Assembly: GCA_017414645.1 (NCBI GenBank)
Contig: JAFQLL010000017.1
Location: 6,057-70,056 of the forward strand
DNA: 64,000 nucleotides
Direction: 5' to 3'
From: Clostridia bacterium
GTDB taxonomy: Bacteria > Bacillota > Clostridia > UMGS1883
Position numbers and translations under genes: made by a program. Positions 8,792 through 17,180 of this stretch are shown one piece after another (within the stretch, counting starts at the first letter, position 1; every line of letters begins with the position of its first letter). Below the pieces are notes generated by a model. That model saw nothing but the letters and a program-made list of their open reading frames with translations, did no database searches and had not been told where the DNA came from.

Positions 8792-10582
8792 ATGTGCGGA
8801 ATAGTTGGATATATAGGCGATAAGCTTGTTGCGCCCATTTTGCTTGAGGGGCTCAGCAAGCTCGAATACCGTGGCTACGACAGCGCAGGTATTGCCGTTT
8901 GTGACGAAAACGGTGTTACCATAGAAAAGGCTGTAGGCAAGCTGGAAAACCTTTACAAAAAAACAGACAACGGCACAACTATAAGCGGAACAAAGGGCAT
9001 TGGCCACACACGCTGGGCAACACATGGCAAGCCCACCGAGGAAAATGCTCATCCTCACAAAAGCGAAAGGTTTGTGCTTGTACATAACGGTATTATCGAA
9101 AACGAAGAATTCTTAAGAAGCAAGTACCTTAAGGGCGTTAACTTCGTTTCCGAAACAGATACCGAAATCATTCCCTGGCTTTTAGACAAGTTCACTCAGT
9201 CAGGTGAAGACACAGAAATGGCAATCCGCCATCTTATGAGCGAAATTGTGGGTAGCTATGCTTTAGCCATAATCGACCGCGAAAACCCCGACGTGCTCTA
9301 TGCAGTGAAGAATAAGTCGCCCCTTCTTATCGGTAAGGGCGAGGGCTTCAACATGATAGGCAGCGACTCTATGGCAATGATTGCAAACACAAACATGTTC
9401 TTCGAAATTCACGACAAGGAATATGTTGTTATAACAAAGGAAACTGTTAAAATCTACACTCAGTACGGCAAGCTTATTGACCGCGCACCCTTTAAGGCAG
9501 AGCTCGACCTTTCCGACACAGAAAAGGGCACCTACGCTCACTTCATGATTAAGGAAATTGAAGAACAGCCTGCTGTTATAAGAAGGCTTATCCAGAAGTA
9601 TGCCGACGAAAACGGCGACATTTCCGTTGACAAGGCAATTGTTAACGACATTCAGTCCTGCGACAAAATTTACATTATCGCATGCGGCACAAGCTACCAT
9701 GCAGGCCTCGTGGGTAAACAGCTTTTCGAAACAATGGCAAAGAAGCCCTGCGACAGCTACATTGCAAGCGAGTTTGTGCACAACACACCTCTTCTTAGCG
9801 AAAAGCCCTTCTTTATTTTCATTTCTCAGAGCGGCGAAACAGCCGACTCCAGAGCAGTTATGGTAAAGGTTAAGGCAATGGGCCACAAAATTCTTACCAT
9901 AACAAATGTAAAGGGCTCCACACTTTCCAGAGAAGCTAACTACACACTTTTGCTGCACGCAGGCCCCGAAATTGCCGTTGCATCCACAAAGGCATACACC
10001 GCACAGATTGCAGTGCTTGCAATTTTAGCCTCCACCGTTGCCAAAGAGCCCGGTCTCGACATTAAGTACGAGCTTTCCAAGGTGGCAAACGTTATCGAAA
10101 CCATCTGCTCCGAAAGCGAAACCTATAAGTATCTTGCTGAAAAGTATCTTAAGAATGCGCGCAATGCCTTCTATATAGGCAGATGCGTTGACTACTATGT
10201 GTGCCTCGAAGCGGCATTAAAGCTTAAGGAAATTTCCTACATTCAGGCAGAAGGCTTCGCCGCAGGCGAATTAAAGCATGGCACAATCGCCCTCATTGAA
10301 AAGGGCACACCTGTTATTGCAATTATCACACAGGAAAACATTAACCTCAACACACGAAGCAACATTGAAGAGGTAAAGGCGAGAGGTGCAAAAACACTTG
10401 TTATCTCCACAAGCTCACTTTCTTCTCATAACGACAAAATCGTTATCCGCGACGTGCATCCGCTTCTTGCGCCCATTGTTTCCGTTGTGCCCACACAGTA
10501 CATTGCATACTATGCAGCACTCTGCAAAGGCAGAGACATCGACAAGCCCAGAAACCTGGCAAAGAGCGTAACAGTTGAATAA
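8792..10582 (+). CDS. glmS: Glutamine--fructose-6-phosphate aminotransferase
   Basis: MCGIVGY N-terminal nucleophile, two SIS domains, C-terminal KSVTVE. Confidence 0.97.
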   Translation: MCGIVGYIGDKLVAPILLEGLSKLEYRGYDSAGIAVCDENGVTIEKAVGKLENLYKKTDNGTTISGTKGIGHTRWATHGKPTEENAHPHKSERFVLVHNGIIENEEFLRSKYLKGVNFVSETDTEIIPWLLDKFTQSGEDTEMAIRHLMSEIVGSYALAIIDRENPDVLYAVKNKSPLLIGKGEGFNMIGSDSMAMIANTNMFFEIHDKEYVVITKETVKIYTQYGKLIDRAPFKAELDLSDTEKGTYAHFMIKEIEEQPAVIRRLIQKYADENGDISVDKAIVNDIQSCDKIYIIACGTSYHAGLVGKQLFETMAKKPCDSYIASEFVHNTPLLSEKPFFIFISQSGETADSRAVMVKVKAMGHKILTITNVKGSTLSREANYTLLLHAGPEIAVASTKAYTAQIAVLAILASTVAKEPGLDIKYELSKVANVIETICSESETYKYLAEKYLKNARNAFYIGRCVDYYVCLEAALKLKEISYIQAEGFAAGELKHGTIALIEKGTPVIAIITQENINLNTRSNIEEVKARGAKTLVISTSSLSSHNDKIVIRDVHPLLAPIVSVVPTQYIAYYAALCKGRDIDKPRNLAKSVTVE

Positions 10583-10690
10583 TTAAGTAAAAAGGTCTGT
10601 TCAATAGAGCAGGCCTTTTCTTGTATAGAATTAAATAAAATACGGAACAATTTAAAAGGTGGAGAATAAACATATTATGAGGTGAAAATA

Positions 10691-10771
10691 GTGGCATATT
10701 TTTTTACTTTATCCTTAGGAGCTTTCATAGGAGCTGTAATTATGGGGCTTATTAAAGCTAACGAAAAATAG
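10691..10771 (+). CDS. Possible 26-aa hydrophobic peptide (VAYFFTLSLGAFIGAVIMGLIKANEK)
   Basis: GTG start 6 nt after GAGGTG; single predicted TM helix; ends in TAG. No homology evidence. Confidence 0.3.
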   Translation: MAYFFTLSLGAFIGAVIMGLIKANEK

Positions 10772-10789
10772 GAAAGTGTTTTAATATCA

Positions 10790-10996
10790 CAACCCCCTCT
10801 TCCGTTTGCGGTGCCCTGTATCAACTTCGCTAATCCGCTCGTTGATGACAGACCGCGGCACAGCTCTGCGCATTCGCTCAATCATCCACCGGATGCGCTC
10901 ATGCTCGATTCCCCCAATCTTGGGGGATGAAAAGGTGCACTTTCATTTTATAAGCAAACATGCACACATCTTGCGTGCATGTTCCAATATAATAGG
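10790..10996 (+). repeat. Structured intergenic repeat family, copy A
   Basis: Only 3 mismatches over the first ~148 nt against 30535-30737. Core shared with 26530-26660. Confidence 0.8.
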
Positions 10997-11015
10997 AAAA
11001 AGTTGAAAAAACATC

Positions 11016-11044
11016 TTGACAAAGCCCTGACCATTTGCTATAAT
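11016..11044 (+). promoter_or_regulatory. SigA promoter of tRNA operon (TTGACA-17-TATAAT)
   Basis: Perfect consensus hexamers, 30 nt upstream of the first tRNA. Confidence 0.8.
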
Positions 11045-11073
11045 AACAAAGGTCCTTGAAAAAAGGGTGATAT

Positions 11074-11147
11074 GCGGGTGTAGTTCATCGGTAGAATTCC
11101 AGCCTTCCAAGCTGGTTAGGTGGGTTCGACTCCCATCACCCGCTCCA
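11074..11147 (+). tRNA. tRNA-Gly(UCC)
   Basis: Cloverleaf folded by hand; anticodon loop CUUCCAA; encoded CCA. Confidence 0.9.
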
Positions 11148-11153
11148 AAATAC

Positions 11154-11230
11154 GTGCCTGTAGCTCAGCTGGATAGAGCAACTGCCTTCTAAGCAGTAGG
11201 TCCTGGGTTCGAGTCCCCGCAGGCACGCCA
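11154..11230 (+). tRNA. tRNA-Arg(UCU)
   Basis: Acceptor GTGCCTG/CAGGCAC; anticodon loop CUUCUAA; encoded CCA. Confidence 0.9.
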
Positions 11231-11267
11231 TTTTTTTATTCAGTGTCATTTCAAATGGCACTCATAT

Positions 11268-11345
<78 letters not shown>

Positions 11346-11417
11346 TTATTAAAAAAACAGGATCCGGTGATACCGGGGCTTCCGCGAACCGGTCTTGAGC
11401 GATTCGCTCTTTTATTT

Positions 11418-11493
11418 TGGACCGTAGCCAAGCGGTAAGGCACCGGACTTTGACTCCGGCATTTCGTGGGTTCAAATCCCGCCGGTCCAGCCA
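11418..11493 (+). tRNA. tRNA-Gln(UUG)
   Basis: Acceptor TGGACCG/CGGTCCA; anticodon loop CUUUGAC; encoded CCA. Confidence 0.88.
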
Positions 11494-11496
11494 CAT

Positions 11497-11572
11497 GGGA
11501 CACTAGCTCAGTCGGTAGAGCACTTGACTTTTAATCAAGTTGTCGGGGGTTCGATTCCCCCGTGTCTCACCA
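11497..11572 (+). tRNA. tRNA-Lys(UUU), integration target
   Basis: Anticodon arm CTTGA-CTTTTAA-TCAAG; T arm GGGGG-TTCGATT-CCCCC; encoded CCA. The 3' 46 nt are duplicated at 18742-18787. Confidence 0.92.
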
Positions 11573-11573
11573 A
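11527..11573 (+). repeat. attL core (47-bp direct repeat)
   Basis: Identical to 18742-18788. Confidence 0.9.
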
Positions 11574-11574
11574 A

Positions 11575-11606
11575 CCCTTGATTTCTTCGGAAATCAAGGG
11601 TTTTTT
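11575..11606 (+). terminator. Element-borne terminator now closing the tRNA operon
   Basis: CCCTTGATTTC-TTCG-GAAATCAAGGG followed by TTTTTT. Confidence 0.8.
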
Positions 11607-11679
11607 GTTGCCTTTGTTCCAGTCTGACTGAACACTTGATTTTTGAAATCTATAATAAAAATCAAGAGGGCAGAAAATT

Positions 11680-12609
11680 ATGAAAAAATTCAAAATGAAC
11701 ATCGGAAACACAGTAGCGGAAACTTTCGAGGATTTTATAATATCCCGAAAGGTAAAAGGATTGAGCGACAAAACACTAAAGACCTACAATCAACACTTTA
11801 AAGCCATAAGCCGCCATATCTCGGTTGATATTCCAATAGACACATTGAGTAAAGCCGACTTGGAGGAAATGGTTTCAAATATGCGCGAAGCGGCTCTTTC
11901 GGCAACTACAATAAGCAGTTATGTACGAACTATGAAAGCGTTTCTTTCTTGGTGCAATGAGGAAGATATAACAACACTCACAATTCAGAATTACAAATGC
12001 GCAGAAACAATAAAAGAAACGTACACCGACAAAGAGCTTGAAAAGCTACTTAAAAAACCAAATATCCGAAAGTGTCTTTTCTCCGAATACAGAACTTGGG
12101 TCATAATCAACTTGCTTGTGAATAATGGTTGCCGCGCGGCAACTGTACGAAACATCAAAAACAAAGATGTTGATTTAGAAAACTTCGTTATTTATTTAAG
12201 GCATACCAAAAGCAAAAAAGCACAAGTGATTCCATTGTGTACAGAACTTTGTTTAATACTCAAAGAGTATATGCGCATACGAAGCGGCTCGGAGGATGAT
12301 TTCCTTTTTCCAACAGAAGAAGGGACACAAATGAAAGAGTTTTGTTTGCGAAGCAGCATTGCAAGGTACAACAACAGGCGCGGCGTACAAAGAACAAGCA
12401 TACACGCATTCCGTCACACTTTCGCGCGCAAATACTTGGTTGACTGCGGCGGCAATGCTTTTACACTTCAACGCCTTTTGGGTCACTCCACATTAGAAAT
12501 GACAAAGCATTATTGCGCTATCTTCGACAGGGATATTGCAAAGAACTATGACCGCTTCTCTCCGCTTTCGCAACTTAAATCCAGTAGTAACCGCATTAAA
12601 ATGAAATAA
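11680..12609 (+). CDS. Tyrosine site-specific recombinase (phage integrase family)
   Basis: SAM-like N-domain. C-terminal catalytic residues in ...HAFRHTFAR...LLGHSTLEMTKHY. Confidence 0.9.
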   Translation: MKKFKMNIGNTVAETFEDFIISRKVKGLSDKTLKTYNQHFKAISRHISVDIPIDTLSKADLEEMVSNMREAALSATTISSYVRTMKAFLSWCNEEDITTLTIQNYKCAETIKETYTDKELEKLLKKPNIRKCLFSEYRTWVIINLLVNNGCRAATVRNIKNKDVDLENFVIYLRHTKSKKAQVIPLCTELCLILKEYMRIRSGSEDDFLFPTEEGTQMKEFCLRSSIARYNNRRGVQRTSIHAFRHTFARKYLVDCGGNAFTLQRLLGHSTLEMTKHYCAIFDRDIAKNYDRFSPLSQLKSSSNRIKMK

Positions 12610-12690
12610 GGTAAAACAAAATACAACAAGCCTCAACAAACTAAAACAAAGCAGTCTAAAGTATCAACTTTTGACTGCTTTTATTATCTT

Positions 12691-13722
12691 TTATTCAGTT
12701 TCGTATACGCTCTGTATTTTGGAAATGTATTCTTTCATTTGTTCTACAACGTGCGGCGGATTTTCTATCTTTGCCTTTTTGCCGAAGCCACAAAGCCATC
12801 CAAAGAATTGGTCACTTATTTCAACGTCTGCCGCCACTATAAAATGGTTTTTATCCTTTGCCATATAAAAGACATCAGACTCTGTTCCGAACCTTTCTAT
12901 GACAGTATCAAGAAGCGGATTGATGAAACGTATAACAACGTGTTCGCGAGTGCCGTTGAACATTGAAAAAACGCGGCGCGTGTATGTTGTTAAATCAATC
13001 TTTGCAAAAACTTCTTCTCCTTCTCTTGGCTCTGCGATTTCTCTGACATCTTTCATACGGTCAACACGATATGTACGGAAATCGTTCTTTTCACTATCAA
13101 AAGCCAAAAGGTAATAGTTGCCATCATTGATTAAAAGTTTAAAGGGACTTACTTTGTATGTGTTTCCCTTTTTACGTTCTACTTGTGAGTGAACATCATC
13201 TATTGTGTACTTTAGATATTTAAAGGTTATCTTTCGCGGCGTATGCGGCTTTCCGTTGCGTTTCTTTGCCATTGCATAGTTTATTCTGTCAATGATTTTT
13301 ATAATATGTTTTTCTGTGGTCTTAACCCTGTCGCACATAAAAACTTCTTTTTCTAATTCTTCGCGCTGATAAAAACTGCAGAACTTGCCTAAAGTTTCAA
13401 CAAGGTCTCTTGCTTGGGGTGCTGAAACAAACTTTGCCGCGCAAACACATTCAGCCAAAAGGCGTAATTCGTCATAGTCAAAATCACGCGATAAAAGCCT
13501 AAATCTGCCGCCTTGCATTCCGTCAATATCCATACCGAAAACATCTCTTAAAAGAGCTATATCGCGGTAAATTGCGCGCCTTTCCGCAACTATATCACAC
13601 TCATTTTTTAAATAGTCGCATATGCCTTTTTCAGTTGCTACTGGATGGTTTTCGTCCGAGTATTCAAGAAGGTATTTCGCAACGTATAATATTCGCAATT
13701 TTGTGATTTCGTTTTTTGGCAT
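12691..13722 (-). CDS. HTH + WYL-domain transcriptional regulator
   Basis: N-terminal wHTH; WYL-domain signature around YYLLAFD...FRTYRVDRM. Start set at ATG 13722 behind AAGAGG. Confidence 0.8.
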   Translation of the reverse strand: MPKNEITKLRILYVAKYLLEYSDENHPVATEKGICDYLKNECDIVAERRAIYRDIALLRDVFGMDIDGMQGGRFRLLSRDFDYDELRLLAECVCAAKFVSAPQARDLVETLGKFCSFYQREELEKEVFMCDRVKTTEKHIIKIIDRINYAMAKKRNGKPHTPRKITFKYLKYTIDDVHSQVERKKGNTYKVSPFKLLINDGNYYLLAFDSEKNDFRTYRVDRMKDVREIAEPREGEEVFAKIDLTTYTRRVFSMFNGTREHVVIRFINPLLDTVIERFGTESDVFYMAKDKNHFIVAADVEISDQFFGWLCGFGKKAKIENPPHVVEQMKEYISKIQSVYETE

Positions 13723-13794
13723 ATTAAAACCTCTTTCGTTAGTATAATAATATAATAACATCAACTTTGCAAAAATACAACGAAAAACAAATGT

Positions 13795-13838
13795 TTGACT
13801 TGATGCAAAAGTGTGGTATAATAACTATACCACACTTT
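13795..13838 (+). promoter_or_regulatory. Strong rightward promoter (TTGACT-16-TGgTATAAT) overlapped by a perfect 13-5-13 palindrome
   Basis: AAAGTGTGGTATA-ATAAC-TATACCACACTTT at 13808-13838 covers the -10 element. Divergent from the WYL gene promoter (TTGCAA-17-TATTAT on the minus strand). Confidence 0.65.
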
Positions 13839-14008
13839 CACTTTAATAATAAAACACCGAGCATTCTTGGGAATGTTCTGTTTTGCTATTCAAAAATATA
13901 CACATAAGCAAAGTTGTGTTTTGCAAAAAATGCGGCTTTAATATGTGCTTTGTTTGTGTGTATTATTGAGAGTGAATGTGTGGTAGCATAAATCTCCGCC
14001 GCGTTTTT

Positions 14009-14045
14009 ATGCGTGGTGACGATTTATGTTGCCACGCATTTTTTA
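14009..14045 (+). terminator. Terminator-like hairpin ~185 nt downstream of the 13795 promoter
   Basis: ATGCGTGG...CCACGCAT stem followed by TTTTTAATT. Confidence 0.5.
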
Positions 14046-14284
14046 ATTGCGTGAGAATTACGAAAGGAGATTTTGAGTTGAAAAAACGTAATGTCACCCA
14101 GTCCAAAAGTAGAAGCATGGGGCGGTATATTATGGGAGATAAAAAATCGAAAGTCATATTTTGATATATAGGAGGTCATTCCAATTTTGAAATGTGATTT
14201 TGATTTTGCCGTCTCCGACAAATCACACAATTAAAAAAGCACACTTATATTTCAAGGTGTGCAAACACAGAAAGGAAAATTATT

Positions 14285-15361
14285 ATGAAAAGAAATGTTT
14301 CTCTCTTATTGGCAGTAATACTCACATTGTTGAGCTTTTCGTCTGTTTCTGCTAAAGCAGATGGAAGCCTGTCTAATTTTCAAGCAGTACAAAGCTACAC
14401 AGAAGGTCAATTTACAGATGTTTCATCTTCTGCTTGGTATGCTCCTAACGTAAAATATACTTATGAAATTGGTTTGATGAATGGCAATAGTGATACAACA
14501 TTTAACCCTGACGGAAATATATTGCTTTCCGAAACTATTGCATTAGCAAGTCGTTTACATAGTATATATTATAATGGTGAGGCAAGTTTTGAAGCAAGTA
14601 CACCTTGGTATCAGTCTTATGTTGATTATGCAATAGATAATCGTATAATCGGTTCTGGCAAATATACATACTTTGATAAAGCAACAAGGGCAGATTTTGC
14701 TGAAATTATGGCAAAAGCTTTACCTTCAGAAGTATATAATAAAATCAATACTGTTGACGATGATGCTATTCCCGATGTTAAAACTGCAGCAAAATATTCC
14801 GATGCGGTATATACTCTTTACAGAGCAGGTATTGTAACAGGTAGCGATGCAGAAGGAACTTTTAATCCTACATCAAATATTAAACGCTCTGAAGTTGCTG
14901 CAATCGTATCCCGAATTGTTGATAAAACACAAAGAAAGTATATCACACTTAAATATGAAGTTTCCGAGACATATAAGTATTTTCCTGTTAAAACACTAAC
15001 TGCTGTAACTGGGGCTGAATGTAAGGATTCATATACGGGATATAGTATTCAGATAAACAATGGATACATTGAAGATAACAATACATTTAATTATGATGTT
15101 AAATCAGTATCAGATTATGATAGGTACTTTGTTCCTTATATAGAATACCTTGAATCAAATCCAAATGTTACAAGATATAGCAGCGACGGAATGGACCTTG
15201 GTGGTTTTACTAATGTTTCTTATACGTATAAATTAAATGATGGTAGCAATAAATACATAGATGTTTCATGGAATTATGGAGAATATACTAAAACCTATAG
15301 TATACGGGTATGGATGTATGGAATTAAGAACGGAAAAGTTGTTTGGATTCAGAATATGTAA
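14285..15361 (+). CDS. Secreted S-layer-homology (SLH) domain protein
   Basis: Signal peptide. SLH-like repeats (FTDVSSSAWYAPNVKY..., FNPDGNILLSE, FNPTSNIKRSEVAAIVSR). Confidence 0.75.
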   Translation: MKRNVSLLLAVILTLLSFSSVSAKADGSLSNFQAVQSYTEGQFTDVSSSAWYAPNVKYTYEIGLMNGNSDTTFNPDGNILLSETIALASRLHSIYYNGEASFEASTPWYQSYVDYAIDNRIIGSGKYTYFDKATRADFAEIMAKALPSEVYNKINTVDDDAIPDVKTAAKYSDAVYTLYRAGIVTGSDAEGTFNPTSNIKRSEVAAIVSRIVDKTQRKYITLKYEVSETYKYFPVKTLTAVTGAECKDSYTGYSIQINNGYIEDNNTFNYDVKSVSDYDRYFVPYIEYLESNPNVTRYSSDGMDLGGFTNVSYTYKLNDGSNKYIDVSWNYGEYTKTYSIRVWMYGIKNGKVVWIQNM

Positions 15362-15397
15362 ACAAAAAGAGTGGGATTTCCCACTCTTTTTGTTTAT

Positions 15398-15522
15398 GTT
15401 CGTAAAGGTACACCTTTAGAAACAGGCAAAAAGGGCGTGTTTTCCTTGTTCGTAAAATATTAAAAATTATTTGCGAATATGTTCGTAAAATTGTTGACAT
15501 TTGCGAACAGCGGAGGTATAAT
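15398..15522 (+). promoter_or_regulatory. res-like repeat cluster plus TTGACA-17-TATAAT promoter of the serine recombinase
   Basis: GTTCGTAAA at 15398, 15448 and 15481. Inverted TTTGCGAA(C) at 15470 and 15500. -35 at 15494-15499, -10 at 15517-15522. Confidence 0.6.
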
Positions 15523-15551
15523 ATAGCTATAATCAACAAGGGGGCAATACA

Positions 15552-16160
15552 ATGGAAACACGTACTTACTATTATGCGAGAGTATCAAGCAAGGAACAAA
15601 ACCTTGACAGACAGATTGAGGCTTTCAAAGCTCTTGGAGCTGATGAAAGAGATATTATAACAGACAAGGAAAGCGGCAAGGACTTGAACCGCACAGGCTA
15701 TACCGCATTAAAAAATGCAATGCTCCGAAAAGGCGATACGCTTGTTGTAAAATCTCTTGACCGTCTTTCAAGAAACAAAGCAGACATTAAAAACGAACTG
15801 CAATTCTTTAAAGATAACGGCATCCGTTTAAAAGTTATCGACTTGCCAACAACAATGATGGAATTGCCAGTAGGTCAAGAATGGGTGTTTGAAATGGTAA
15901 ACAACATCTTGATTGAGGTTTTGGGAACAATCGCAGAACAAGAGCGCGAGACAATCAAAAAAAGACAAGCTGAAGGTATCGAAGCGGCAAAGAAAAACGG
16001 CAAGCGTTTGGGGCGTCCCGCACTTGTTTTTCCGCAGAATTGGAAGCAAGTGTATGCTGACTGGCAAGAAGGTAAAATTACCGCCAAAACTGCAATGGAA
16101 TTGACCGATACCAAGAGAACAAGTTTTTATAAGTTAGTGCAAATGACTGAAGGCAAATAA
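15552..16160 (+). CDS. Small serine recombinase (resolvase/invertase family)
   Basis: YYARVSSKEQNLDRQ catalytic-Ser motif; C-terminal HTH; 202 aa. Confidence 0.9.
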   Translation: METRTYYYARVSSKEQNLDRQIEAFKALGADERDIITDKESGKDLNRTGYTALKNAMLRKGDTLVVKSLDRLSRNKADIKNELQFFKDNGIRLKVIDLPTTMMELPVGQEWVFEMVNNILIEVLGTIAEQERETIKKRQAEGIEAAKKNGKRLGRPALVFPQNWKQVYADWQEGKITAKTAMELTDTKRTSFYKLVQMTEGK

Positions 16161-16192
16161 AAAAGACGGGAGGCGTTGACCTCTCGTCTTTG
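16161..16192. terminator. Bidirectional terminator between convergent genes
   Basis: AAGACGGGAGG-CGTTGA-CCTCTCGTCTT. Confidence 0.65.
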
Positions 16193-16196
16193 AGTT

Positions 16197-16595
16197 TTAT
16201 ATTAAAGTGTTCAATACATCTTTTGCATTGACCTTGACCACATCAAATAGTCTCCAATCTTCTACTTTTGGAATCTATGTATTAAGAAGCGGCTTGTATT
16301 GTCTGATGTATTCTCCTTCTTTGTTTCCAATTTCATCATCAATAGCATAATACCCCTAACTGCTTGCATAATAAAGAACATCAAAGTTAATTGAATGCCC
16401 TTTCCTTTGCGCCTCGGACAGTATGCGGTATTTCAATTCGCTTTCGCATTTTATACCGACATAGTGTTGCGCCACGCGTTTTAGCATATTCTGACTTTTG
16501 CCGATGTAAACAATCTATTCATCGACCTTTATACAGTAAATGCCTGCGTGCTCGTATTTTGGTGCAAGACCTTGTCTTTTCAAGTAATTATACAT
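16197..16595 (-). pseudogene. GIY-YIG nuclease-like gene with three in-frame TAG codons (pseudogene or amber-recoded)
   Basis: Hand translation gives MYNYLKRQGLAPKYEHAGIYCIKVDE*IVYIGKSQNML...YYASS*GYYAIDDE...LLNT*IPKVEDW...LI, ending in TAA. TAG at 16515-17, 16356-58 and 16275-77. RBS GAGG. Confidence 0.7.
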
Positions 16596-16612
16596 ATTAA
16601 CCTCGTAGCTCA

Positions 16613-17176
16613 TTAGAATACAAACCCCTTTTCTTTTGGTTCTCTTTGCGGTCTTGGTATGACAATCTCTTTTACTTTTGGAACTTCTATGACTGCTTTC
16701 TGTTGGTTATTCTCTCCGTTATTTGTTTTATTATTTGTTATAATATTATCTATTTCTATACTACTGGGGTCAATTAAATTGTTGGCAGGCTCTTCTTCTT
16801 GAACGTTTCCCGTATTCTCAAAATCGCGAGCCGACAAATTATTTTTTAATTGAGCGCCACGCGCCTGAGGTACTTCGTAAAAATCAAAAGTATTGCTTCC
16901 AGTTTCGACCAAATAGCCTTTGTTAATTAGAATTTTTAACTGGTCGCGATAGGTGGAACGCGCCATCCCTATGGATAGGTTGACCGCTTCGGGCGAAAGC
17001 GCAAACGTATAGTTGTCTGCATTTGCCGCAAAATATAAGTAAAGAGAAAAGGCATATGGCTACAAATCTTTAATGGCATTTTGCCAATTCTCATTCTTGA
17101 TACCTAAAAAATCATTTGTAATTTTTTGTCTGTGAACCCGAACCATTCTTTGGTTCGGATAACTTATTCTTGCCAT
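16613..17176 (-). pseudogene. Winged-helix, replication-initiator-like protein gene with one in-frame TAG
   Basis: MARISYPNQRMV...NAIKDL*PYAFSLYLYFAANADNYTFALSPEAVNLSIGMARSTYRDQLKILINKGYLV... TAG at 17060-17062. The track ORF 16613..16966 is only the distal part. Ends in TAA. Confidence 0.65.
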
Positions 17177-17180
17177 AATT

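Noticed and set aside
9263-9958. 231-aa antisense ORF inside glmS, and similar shadow ORFs (2701..3069-, 45818..46369-, 53497..53985-, 27791..28375+, 42764..43252+, 40327..40713+, 36234..36605+)
   Set aside because: Each lies entirely within, and antisense to or out of frame with, a strongly supported gene. They show odd composition (Cys/Val/Asn-rich) and have no RBS.
10806-11006. ORFs across the three-copy element (10806..11006+, 10675..10881-, 30431..30769+, 30529..30774+, 26417..26779+)
   Set aside because: Copy C has an indel and stop relative to A and B in every frame. Substitutions between copies are not biased to synonymous positions but do preserve hairpins, so the element is treated as non-coding.
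13976-14164. 62-aa ORF in the island intergenic region
   Set aside because: It spans a terminator-like hairpin and has no RBS at its ATG. Only the distal 28 codons sit behind a Shine-Dalgarno sequence, and that part is mentioned in the WYL-leader finding.
14057-15489. Possible invertible SLH segment bounded by TTACGAA (14057) and TTCGTAA motifs near the recombinase
   Set aside because: The match is only a 7-mer, the flanking sequence does not extend the inverted repeat, and it is expected by chance at this scale.
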